Source: Piromyces finnis finn | Lineage: Eukaryota > Fungi > Neocallimastigomycota | Assembly: GCA_002104945.1 (NCBI GenBank) | Contig: MCFH01000164.1 | Span: 1-22,422 of the forward strand | Direction: 5' to 3' | DNA length: 22,422 nt | Made by a program: the position numbers and the translations under genes | The notes under the pieces: model-generated | The model's input: only the letters and a program-made list of their open reading frames with translations | What the model was told of the DNA's origin: nothing | The model's database searches: none | Part shown: positions 11,701 through 22,422 of the stretch, piece after piece | Layout of the letters: every line of letters starts with the position of its first letter | How positions within the stretch are numbered: the first letter of the stretch is position 1

Positions 11701-14700
11701 TTTAAGAGATCCTTCACTGTAACAGTAATTACCTGGAATAATATCAGAAGAACTTGGACATTCCTTGCTTTCTTCTTCAACACATTCTGTACCTTCCTTT
11801 TCACATTTAATGACTGGTTTGGTGGTGTCACCAGCATTGACATAGTAACCAAGAATGACCTTTTCAGTGGCACATCCTTCGGAGAATCACAAAGAATGGT
11901 TTGATTAACGGACTTGTTGTAACCACTGTTTAAGTAGTATCCATTAGAAGTGAAGGCTGGCTTTAATTTACATTTCTTTTCGGTGGCTCTCTTTCTTCTG
12001 GATGAGGTGTCATCGGCTGGTTCAGATTCTGTACATTCAATTAAACCATTGACTTGATCCTCTTGACTATCACCATATACCAACATAGTAAGTTGGAACA
12101 CCAGTTGGTGTTTGTTTTTCACACTTTTTGTTGGCACAGAAAATAATGGCATTGTTGAGGTCGGTAGCTTCAGCATTGAATAGTATTCAGAGCTGGATGG
12201 GGAGGTCTTGATACCAGCACATCCAGTGTCTTTACGACATTGAATTAATTGTTTGGCATCACCGTTTTCAGAGTAATTGGAATTAACATAGATCCTTCAT
12301 TGGCCTTTTCTAATACGGTACATTCAATACCTTCTTCACCACTGACACATTCAATGATATCAGCTTCAAGTGGCTTTCATTACCATCACCAGCATTAACA
12401 TAGTATTCCTTACTCTTTTCAGTGGCAGAACTAATGCTAACTTACAACCATTAGCATTACATTTAATTAATGGATGGTGACGGTGTTGTTGGCAGAGTTG
12501 ACGTAAACTTCATTTTGAAGAGCAACTTTAATACTACATTCAGCATTAGTTTCATAGGTACATTCAATAAGAGTGTCATTTAACTTGGAGGAAAGAACAC
12601 TACCAGCATTAACATAGTAGCTGGAAGTAATTTATCGGTAGTCTTACTAGCATCGGTAATACATCCACTTTCGGCAGAACACATAATTAATGGCTTTTTG
12701 GCAGCATCATTTTCATAGTTGGCATTAAGGAAAACATCTCCATCATACATAGGTAACTTCACATGTAACCTTTGAATCACTCATTTACACTTGATTAAAT
12801 CACCGTTTAAGGCATCAGCATCTGTTGGATCAGCATTAACATAGTATTCTGGTTGAGTGGCAGTAGCCCACTAGCCTTACTTTTACAACCATCTTCGGTG
12901 GTACAATAAATAATTTCAGTGTTGTTATGAGAATTGACATATACTTCATCTGGAGCTCCATCCTTTGCGGAACAGGTAATGACTCCTTTGTCAAAGATAC
13001 ATTTAATTAAATCTTTAGTTAATTTAGCATTGGTTGAACTACTAAGGTCACTGGAATTTAAGAAAATTTCATTCTTTTTATCAGTGGCATGACTTGGAGT
13101 GGATTTACAACCTTGATCTTCGTACATTGAATGATGTGGGAGTATCAAATTGATCAATGAAAATATTACTGTCTTTAACGGTAGTTAAAACTTGACAAGT
13201 ATCCTTACACTCAATTAAGTTTCATTTAATGCTGTTTTAATTGTACTACCAGCGTTGACAAGTAATGTAAGTCAGTGGTAGTGGAATTGGCTTTTTGTTC
13301 TGAACATCCACCGTTGGTTCTACAAATAATTAATTGATTTTGATTACTTTCAGCATTGAAATTGGCATTCAAGTAAACATTGGTATTGGAACCATTACTA
13401 AGAGTACATTCTTCACTTTCTTTAGTACATTCAATGATATCGTTCTTTAAAGTTTTATTGACACTTTGAATATCTGAATTGATGTAGTAACTCTTACTAG
13501 TTCCGGTAATCTTAGCTTTAGATGGTGTACACTTTGTGGCATCACAAATAATTAATGGATTTTCTTCATCACCTTTTGGTTTACCGAATAAACCATTGAT
13601 ATAAACAGAATTTGGCTTAACGGCAGTTTCTTTATCTAATTTACAAGTAACATTTTTAGATGAATTATCATAATCACATTCAATAATTCCTTTGCACCAG
13701 TTAATAAACGTGGATAATATCTGAATTAATGCAATTGCATCTGCTTTAATGTAATTACAAACGTCAGTTTTACAATTTATAATTTGTGATAAATTACCAG
13801 CATCAATATAGGTATCTACAGTACCAGCACCTGCTGCTGGTGTATTACATTTAGCAGATGTACATGTAATAACATTTTTGGCATCAGTTGCATCTCTATA
13901 AGCAGTTCCTTCCGCAGTAGAACCTTCTCCGGAAGTACATTTATCAGGGGTACATGTAATAATTAATGGTTTTGCTGTATCACTAGAATCAACATAATAA
14001 GATGGTTGGTTTTCAGTAGCAAGATTTAATGATGAAACACAACCGTTAGTTGTGTCACATTCTAATACATATTTGTCTTGGTATCCATTAATAAAGTATG
14101 TTTAGCAGTGTCAGTTCCTGAATGATAGCTGCTTTACATTCTACAGCAGTATCAGAAGCTTTAGGTTCGCAAAGGAAAATTTTACTCTTATCTTCACCAT
14201 CTGGATAATATTTATTGCCTGTGGTAGCACTATTTCCTTCGATAGTTGAACAACCATCTGTTGCACTGCAAACAATAATCATGGATTTTTTGGCAAAGTT
14301 AATGAAATATTGATTGGCCGGAGCTTTACCCTCTTCAGCTTTAGCAGTATTTTAATTGATTGATATTTGTTCCATCTGTGGTAATAATTTTGGTTACTGG
14401 AGTACCATTATCCGTAGCATCAATTAAACCAAATCCTTTATCATTAGTTGAAGGTCCTGCTATTGATTCACAAGTGACATTTGATCCTGTTTTAGTACAT
14501 TGAATAATATTAGCTGGTGTTGTACCATCAATATAACCATAACCATCGTCTGTTTTAGGGGTTTCGTCTGAAGCAGCGAGTGAAGAGCAAGTAGTGTTAT
14601 CACCTTCTTTTTTACAAATAATAAGACTAGTAATTTTATTATTACTGTCAATACTAGAACCATCTAAAAAGGCTTCACCATCAGCAAATGTAATGGTGAA

Positions 14701-16213
14701 GTTGGAACAGTACAAGCGGTATCTGCAGCAATACATGTAAAAAGTGTTTTTTATCAGAAGCACTAGCATCAATAAATGCAGTGATTTGACCAGTACTAAA
14801 ACCATTAGCTTGAGATTTACATTCTACAGCGGCATTTTCTCCTGTTCCTTGTTTACAAACAATTACATTACCAGTTTTACTACATCAATATAACCATATC
14901 CAGGAGTTGATTCACCTTTCAGTTCAACACATTTACTGGAAGTTACACATTTTAAAACATTTGCAGTATTATATCCATCTACATAAAAAGCATTTTCTCC
15001 TAGAGATTCCATTGAACAGGCTCCATCTTTAGCACATTTAATAACACTATCATTATTATACTATCAACGTAATAACTATCGTCTGTTGTTTTAACACCGT
15101 CTTTGAACTGCATCCATCCTTAGCAGTACAAACAATAATCTTTTTACTTTTAGAATCATTACCATCAATAAAGAAAGCATTTACTTCAGTTCAGTACTAG
15201 TTGCCTCTTTTACTCGACATCTACAGCATCAAACTACTGTTTGAACCATCTCTACGAGATTGACCAGCTGAACTACATTTAATTACAGTTCTTTCACCTT
15301 CAGTAGCAAAAACAACAGTTGTAACACTTTCAGAAGAGTAACAGGAGCTGAACTACAATGCTTTATTATCTTTTGTTCAATGTAATAATTGAACTTGATT
15401 CTGCAGCAGCATCAATAAAATAATGCTTTTTATCATCAGTTACAGAAACTTTTTCACAAGTATATGTTGTACTATCTCTTTTCTTAGATGCTGGAGTTGT
15501 TGAAGATGTACATTAATAATTGATTTACCATCGCACTTAAATAACCTTTTATTTCCTTCATTAATTGATGAAACTATTACACAATCTGGTGAATCACCAA
15601 TTGTTAACTTATAAACTGAATCATTACCATAAAGATAATAATAATCTCCTTCTTTAGTGGTAGTGTTTCTTTAGTACAACCTGTACTACTACAATTAAAT
15701 AAATATTTATTTGAATTGAAGTAGTAGCACCACCATCAGCATCCATACATAACCAGTTAATGGTGTACATTTACTAGTATCACAAGAATATAATTTTCCT
15801 GTTGTTGCAGTACTCATGGTATAATTTATCCGAAAATAAATAATAATTATTATCAGTAGTAGATGTTAACTTATCACATTTTGCTTGATTTCCACCTGAC
15901 GCTGCAGTTATTTATAAATAGTACCACTACCATCAGTTGCGTCATTGGCTGGTTTAATACAATATCCATCAGCTGCTATAGCATCAGCAGCAAACTTTCA
16001 TCACTTACATTTCATTACATAGTTGTAAACCTATTTTTATTTTAAAAAATGTAAATATTTTATGAGAAATTAATATTCATATTATTAAAATTTAAAAAAA
16101 AAATATATAGATAGATATAATATATGCAATTCTAAAAATTATTATTTTACCATCTGCAATCCCCTTTGAGAAAGAATAAACTGCCAAAAAGATGGAAAAG
16201 GGTATCCTATCAT
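8772..16213 (-). CDS. Apparently full-length scaffoldin-like gene (exon 1 16213-16151, intron 16150-16031, exon 2 16030-8772), disrupted by many 1-nt deletions that look like sequencing errors; roughly 2,400-2,500 aa if repaired
   Basis: 8772-13553 is the reverse complement of 1-4829. Beyond 13553 the - strand continues with Cys-paired repeats (YYVDSSDTAKPLIITCTPDKC, YIDAGNLSQIINCKTDVC, GYGYIDGTTPANIIQCTKTGSNVTC) in shifting frames up to 16030. The stop codon TAA is at 8772-8774. The 5' boundary is inferred. Confidence 0.75.
16031..16150 (-). other. Spliceosomal GT-AG intron, 120 nt, phase 1
   Basis: The - strand reads GATG|GTAAAATAAT...ATAAAAATAG|GTTTACAACTATGT. The intron is extremely AT-rich. 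Splicing gives D-G-L-Q-L-C-N-E, leading into Cys-containing coding sequence. Confidence 0.65.
16151..16213 (-). other. Putative first exon encoding a signal peptide (M-x-RIPFSIFLAVYSFSKGIAD); needs one base restored near codon 2
   Basis: ATG at 16213-16211. The frame AGG ATA CCC TTT TCC ATC TTT TTG GCA GTT TAT TCT TTC TCA AAG GGG ATT GCA GAT G gives a basic residue, a hydrophobic core and a G-I-A cleavage-like end. It is a GC-richer island in ~90% AT flanks and is followed directly by GTAAAA. Confidence 0.55.
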
Positions 16214-19200
16214 GATAAATAAAAATAAATTAAAATTTTAATAACACAATAATATTTTTTTAAATCAAGTATTTGGCTATTTGTTTTAAAAAAATATTAA
16301 AGTAATTAAAAAAAAAAATTTTTTTCCTAACAAGTCTATTGCTTTTAATTTTTATTTAAAACAATAAACATTAAAAAAAAAAAAAAAACAAATTATATTC
16401 TTACAAAAAAAAATTTTTTTAAATATATTGAAAAATATAAAATTCTTTTTTTTATAACTTTTACATTTTTATTTTATTAAAAAAAAAAAAGTTCATCAAA
16501 ACCCCAATTTACTACATAAACAAAAACTTAACAATTGTTATTAAATATTTGTTTTTTTTTAAACTAGTATTTAATATTAAAATAATCATTATTATTACAA
16601 CTATTTCTTTCATTTACTACTCAATATTCCCGTTGCATAAAATTTAAAAAAAATTTACCTTTTTAGTTTTTTCAATATCATTTTCTATATTTATTTTATA
16701 GGAATATATAAATATTATTAAAATTAAATAAACATTGAGTATTATTTTTTTCCCTCCTCTAGGTATTATAGTTATTCTTTTTCTAAAAATAGAAAAGAAT
16801 AATGGAATTTATTCAATTTTTAATAATATTTATTTTTTTTTATTATTTCTTTAGAATTTAATATTCTTTAGAAATCTAAAAGGAAAAAAAAATTAAATAG
16901 TTTTAGTATAATTATTAAATCATATAATTTTATTTTTTTTTTGAAAGATAAAAGCATCAAATATTCAAACAAGTCTTTTCAATTTTATTACTACATTTGT
17001 AGTAATAATATTTATTATTATCTATCATCTTTTTATTTATTTTTTTTTTACATTGATATTTACAACTAATTTTTAAAAAAAGTTTTAAACCATTTTTTTT
17101 CTAAAACTTTAATTTTTACTTTTATTATAAAAAATAATAAAATATAACCAGAATTATTAAAAAAAAAAAAAAAAAAAAACTTACCAACAAAATGAAAAAA
17201 AAAAAAAAGAAATTAAAAATTAATTATTAATTTTTAACCCTTTAAATTTTTATTTTTTTTTTTTTTTTTTTGAAAAATTTTTTTTTATTTTTTGTTTTTG
17301 GTTGAGATCAAGTTAGAAATTTATAGAAAGGACAAAATACAAAGTTTTCAGTTGATTATTTTTTTATTATTTACAATCGGAATAATAAAATTAAAGTAGA
17401 AACTAAAAAATAAGTAAAAAAATATTTTTCTTAATTCATTTTTTACCATTACCAAAAATTGAATTTTAAAATTGAATTGAAATTATTAAAAAAAAAAAAA
17501 AAAGTATTTTTATTCATATAAAATGTTTTTTTTTTGTTAATAGAAATAAACTTGAAATTATAATAATAAAAATAATATTTTAGTGTTTTTTTTTTTTTGA
17601 AATTTATTTTTTTCATTGATTTTTCATTATTCAAATTAAATTATTTTAAATTTAAAAAAAAACTATTTATAATTATTATTATTTTTTTTTTTAAAAAAAA
17701 AAAACAGCAACATTGTTTCATTTTCGATAGTTAATATATTCATAACATTGATATGAATTTTTTTTTATAGAAATATCAATAATTATAAAATTTTACTAAA
17801 TTTTAACTCTCATAAAAAAATTATAATTACACAGAGTTATAATACTCTCTTTTTTTAATATGTTGATTAGTAGTTTTTTTTGAAAAGGTACTAAATGTAT
17901 ATTATTTAAATGTTTAAATTTTATATTTATTCATCCCTCTAACGATTGTTACCGTTATTTAAAACAAATTTTTAATCAATAAATAATGTATTATCAAAAG
18001 TTATTGATAAATTATTACCCTTTTTATTTTTTTACTTATATAATGAAAATTAACAGAATGATTTGTTTATTCAATTTTTTTTGATATTATTAACGATTGC
18101 TATTAAAGGTTATTTAATTTCTTCAAACATTCATTCTTTTCATTATATTCGAATGCTGAAAAAAGGAAAATTACCTAAAAGTATTGCATATTATTTTTTG
18201 TATAGGCTCTTGGTTTAATATTCATAATGAAAAAGGTAATAACACCTTTTTTTGATATTTCATGATTTTTATAAAGATACCACTTTTATTTCAATTAATA
18301 AGCAGGCACTAATATAGACAATAAAGTTTTAATGGTAAATATAAAAAAATTAAATTGTATAATTAATATTTTTAAATATATTATGATTTATACCTATCAT
18401 TTTTATAAACATTTTTTTTACCTATTTCTCTATACGCAATTACTTTTCTTTTTACCTTTGCAGAAATAGATTCACATTACCTTATTACAGGTTTTTTATG
18501 CAACCATTTTAATATTTACTTCACTGGATGATTTTTATTTTACAAAAAAAAAAAAAAAAGATAGATTATTCCGAACCTATTTTATTTTTAAAAAATTATT
18601 AAAATATATTATATCAGTGGTAATAGAAGAAAATGATATGCTAATTTTATATGATGATCAAAATAAAACTTTATACTTTTACTATTATCCTCTACTTCAA
18701 CCATTTCTAATTAAATAGTCACTAATCTTTTTTTTTTCTTTTTGATCTGGTTATGACTATCAATGTTACATAAATTTATTTCTATTTTCGTTTTTATTGC
18801 TATCATAAATACAAGTATTTTATTTTTTTGATCAAATTAAAGTTTTCTCTTTTTTATGGCATTATTATCTAATAAATGTAATATTTCGTTTAAACATGTG
18901 TTGGAAAAGTCATACTGTTGTTTTAATTTTACACTATATATTTTGATTTTTCAATATAAATTTTCAAGTCATTCAATAAAAAGTCATATTATTTTCATAT
19001 TTAAAAAAAAAAAAGATTTAATTAATACGTATGACAATATGACAATATATAATACATTTTTTTAAAAAACAAACCTATTTTTTCGACTCTATATTTCTTA
19101 TTATTTTATCATTGAAAAAAACAAACCTTTCTTTCTTCTTGGATAAACAACTAATTTTTTTCCATTTTTATTTTCAATAGATATAGAAAAGTTTTGATTT

Positions 19201-21746
19201 TTTTGCTTTTATCTTTTTTACAACAAATAGCCAGCCAGGATCAATAGTATTTCCATCCGTTTGTCGTTTGTACCAATAAAAAATAAAAGTCCCAATAATA
19301 TTTGAATATATTGTTAATATATTGAATCAATTTAAATATTTTAATTAAAATTGAACCAAAAAATTTTGAATTTTAGAAATTCTTTTTTTTTGCATGAATT
19401 TTTTTTGGTAGAATAAAAATAAATTTTAAATTGTAATACATAATGTATACATAATATATACAAATTCTAATGATTTGACATGTGACTTTTTAGTTCTAGT
19501 TAAACGTATTCAATTTCCTATATGGAAAGTTATACCCAATACTTTAATGATATAACAACTGATATATAGTATGAATATATTCCATTATATATTGATATTC
19601 AATTAATTATAGGTATTTTATACTATAAAAATAGTCATGTTTAATAATTCATTAGAAGAAGCTTTTTTATAATTAATAAGGAAATAGAATGTTTAGAAAA
19701 GTGAAATTATTAGTAAAAGTTGGCTATAAAGTATTTTCACCACCCACCGAATAGAATAAACTCAAATGACCACATAAAAGTAACCTATATTTATGTGTAA
19801 TAACATAGATTAAATTAAATTTAATGGATAAACGTGATTCAATTAAAATGTGTCATATTATTTAAAAATCATGATTTCATTGATAATAAACTTTAATTAT
19901 TATTAAAATTAACTTTAGAATCGATTGATTTTTATTGTATGAATCCAAATATTAATTATTTATTATATTTTATTAAAATTATATTGATTCTATTATGTAT
20001 AATATATTAATAATATATTCTTTAATAAAAAGTTTAAATTTATAAGCCAAATTAATTAAATGGATGAATAAATAAATTACTAATAAAGTAAATGAATAAA
20101 TAAATAAATATTATTTTTGGGGTACATTTTTTTATTCTAAGCCAATTTTACCTTCCCCCCAAAAAAAAAATTTTTTAAATTTTGAATGGCGTCGATTTCA
20201 TTTTTTTTTTAAAAATTTCAAATTTTTTTAGGATGAAAAATGGAAAGCAACCTTTAATGCTGCTTTGATTTTTTTAAAAAAAAATTTTTTTCTTTTCAAT
20301 TTAATTTTATAAAAATTTTTTTTTGAATTTTTTTTTGTTTTTTGAAAATGAAACAATTTCATTTTTGTGGGGATTTGAATTTTTTCCTTTTGACGAATAC
20401 CAAAAAAATTTTCAAAAAATTTTCAAAAAATTTTTCAGTCTAGAGATGATGAAGGAAAAGGTAAAAAGGAATCGCTTCAATTTTTCAAATTTGATTTTGG
20501 CTCTTTTTTAAATTTTAAAAGAAAAAATTTTATTTTTTTTTATTTGAAAACAAAAAAAAAAAAAAGGTGGCGGTTGTGGTGGTGGTGTAAATTTTGAAAT
20601 AATTCAATTTTCATTTAAAAATTGAGATTTTTTAAAATTTTTTTTGGTATTTTTAAAAAGCTTCAAAAATTTTTTTCATTCTTTATTCTTTGGAATGTCA
20701 TACGGATATTGCCACCTTTGCCACAATTTTTACTATTTTTTTTTTTAAATGAAATTAAAAAAATTAAAATTTTTATAATAAATTATTAGATAGATTTATT
20801 TTTATTTTTATTTTTATTATGATGATGATGATTTTTTAAATAAATAAATAAATATTAATGGATACAATTACAATTGTCGCATTTGCTATTTATGAATGAT
20901 AAAAGTTAATAAATAAAATAATTATTATTAACAATAAATGAAGGAATGAAGGAATGACTGACTGATAAAAAAAAATGAATATATTTTAAATATATTATAT
21001 AATTGATGAATGGATGATAAATATGAAATTTTATATATATTTATTTTAATAAATATAATAGAAAGAATGTTGAATAAAAAAAACTTTTTAAAATTTAGAT
21101 ATAATTATGCTGATAAAATAATGATGTTCTTTTTATAATATAATGGTTAAATATAGAAAAATAATTATAATAATAATTATTATTCTATCACTTTATAAAA
21201 TTTAAGATAATATATATATAATATTTTCTATGATTAATTGCACTTTTTCTATAAATTATAATTTATAAAAATTGAACTTTTTTTTTTTTTGAAAAAAAAT
21301 ATACGATAGTGTTTGATTTTAAAATGAAATAAAATTTAATTTTAATTTGTATTTTAAAATGAAGGGTGGAAGGTGAAGAAAAATGCTATTTCTCTTCAAC
21401 AAATTTACCATGATTATAAATAAAATAGTTCATAGTGATTTTCTTTTTTTTTTTTTAATATAATTATTATATTATTATTGAAGGATTGAGAATATTTTCT
21501 ATGGATAGAAAATAAAAAACAGGAAAAAAATTAATATTTAATATTTTAATTTTCCATTTTATGAAAAATATACTAAATATCAGGTCTTCTTTTGAATGAA
21601 AATTTTTGCCATTAAATAAATAATGAATTATTGATATATTGATGGTTGAATGAATTGAGTGATTTAAATTTTTCTTAAAATAAATATTTTGATTTCAAAT
21701 ATTGCATTTGTATATTGTACATTGTTTACTGATATTACAACATAAT
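16214..21746. other. A/T-rich intergenic region between tandem scaffoldin genes (3' flank of the paralog, upstream region of the full-length gene)
   Basis: No credible ORF. The listed ORFs here are K/F/N/I-rich translations of homopolymers. Confidence 0.7.
20401..20436. repeat. Short tandem repeat, three units of CAAAAA(A)ATTTT(T)
   Basis: caaaaaaatttt caaaaaatttt caaaaaattttt c. Confidence 0.6.
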
Positions 21747-22422
21747 TTAATTACGTTCATTGAATAATACAACAAGTAAAGTAGATACTACTATACCAAA
21801 AATGGAAATGGAAGCTCTGGAAATACCAAAACTAACATTACATTTTTCGGGATTTTCTTCTTCTTCGGTACATTCAACATAACCGAGCTTTTCAATAGAA
21901 CAAATCTTGACATCATCCGTTTCTTCATCCACCTTGACAAAGTTGTTGACACAAACTAAATCAAATGTGGACTTGGTTTCTTCAACATTGTAGGTACAGT
22001 TGGTGAAAATACCGGAAACAGATTCTAAATAATTCTTACCACTACGTCTAATAATGGCTGTGGAATTGTTGTTCTTTTCAATACCTTCAAACTGCTTGCT
22101 TAATCTTGTCTGGTATTCTCGGTCAAGGCTAATGGGAAGTTGATAATGACATTTTCATTGTACGAACAGTAACGAGACATCACTGGAACAAGACTGGAAC
22201 TACTTTCACATCTGTAGTAGGCTTCATCAATGTAATAGTATTGTCCACTAATACAGGCTTGCTTGGTACATTCGGTTGGTTCCAAGTTTTCGGAATCATG
22301 GACACAGTAGTAAACCTCACCAGCATTGGTAAAGTAGTAGCCGGTGTTGTTGATTGGAGTACAGGCACCTCCTTCATCATTACGTTGTACATTCATCTTG
22401 ATTTACAGTTGTACAATTTCTC
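21747..22422 (-). CDS. 3' end of a second scaffoldin-like paralog, 5'-truncated at the window edge, with a few indels
   Basis: Near-identical to 8772-~9425, with the same C-terminus ...GISRASISIFGIVVSTLLVVLFNERN*. By eye there are 8 substitutions in ~620 coding nt, 7 of them synonymous. It has the same orientation as the 16213-8772 gene. Confidence 0.85.

Larger units (their letters stand above)
1..13553. repeat. Giant inverted repeat (quasi-palindrome): arms 1-6765 and 6835-13553, spacer 6766-6834
   Basis: Base 1 onward (aattatttgtgatgccacaaagtg) is the reverse complement of 13553 backward (cactttgtggcatcacaaataatt). The inner ends, gtagttctctatctatcttagtagt (6741-6765) and actactaaggatagatagaggaactac (from 6835), match with two G indels. 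Coding and non-coding sequence both mirror. The arms are 6765 and 6719 nt, so the right arm is 46 nt shorter net. Confidence 0.97.

Noticed and set aside
9050-16045. Many small - strand ORFs and one + strand ORF (15863-16045) as separate genes
   Set aside because: They are frameshift fragments or chimeric translations of the single scaffoldin CDS, and many switch between true and shadow frames mid-ORF.
8772-16213. Calling the - strand copy a true pseudogene
   Set aside because: Lesions are almost all 1-nt deletions with no substitutions versus the left arm, and they continue at similar density outside the duplicated part. This fits consensus error better than decay, though it is not excluded.
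17214-17236. AT-only hairpins such as taaaaattaa-tta-ttaattttta, and the 7-bp stem ttatcag/ctgataa at ~5220-5241
   Set aside because: Expected by chance at this base composition.
18150-18540. Slightly GC-richer stretch with a coding-like - strand reading (KWLHKKPVIR*CESISAKVKRKVIAYREIG), a possible transposon relic
   Set aside because: Short, interrupted by stops, and no domain or terminal repeat that I can recognise.
17449-20511. ORFs 17449-17634, 18856-19065 and 20323-20511
   Set aside because: K/F/N/I-rich translations of homopolymeric AT-rich DNA with no recognisable motifs.
1-22422. CRISPR arrays, tRNA/rRNA genes, telomeric repeats, TIR/LTR-bounded elements
   Set aside because: None seen. 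The periodicity present is protein-level repeat structure, and the large inverted repeat has no transposase, target-site duplication or defined outer terminus.

Overview
Very AT-rich eukaryotic DNA, most consistent with an anaerobic gut fungus (Neocallimastigomycota). All recognisable coding sequence belongs to one family: large secreted Cys/Tyr-repeat proteins (units like GYYVNAG...LIxC...C) with a hydrophobic C-terminus, matching fungal cellulosome scaffoldins. Positions 1-13553 form a giant tail-to-tail inverted duplication (arms 1-6765 and 6835-13553, centre ~6800). The arms differ almost only by single-base indels. The left arm carries the 3' two-thirds of the scaffoldin on the + strand (2-4829, two frameshifts). 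The right arm plus unique sequence carries an apparently full-length but heavily frameshifted copy on the - strand (16213 to 8772), with a putative signal-peptide exon and a 120-nt GT-AG intron. After ~5.5 kb of non-coding A/T-rich DNA, a second scaffoldin 3' end (21747-22422, - strand) differs mostly by synonymous substitutions and looks like a real tandem paralog. The palindrome may be a long-read or amplification fold-back artifact rather than biology, and the frameshifts look like sequencing errors. No RNA genes, CRISPR arrays, telomeres or intact mobile elements were seen.
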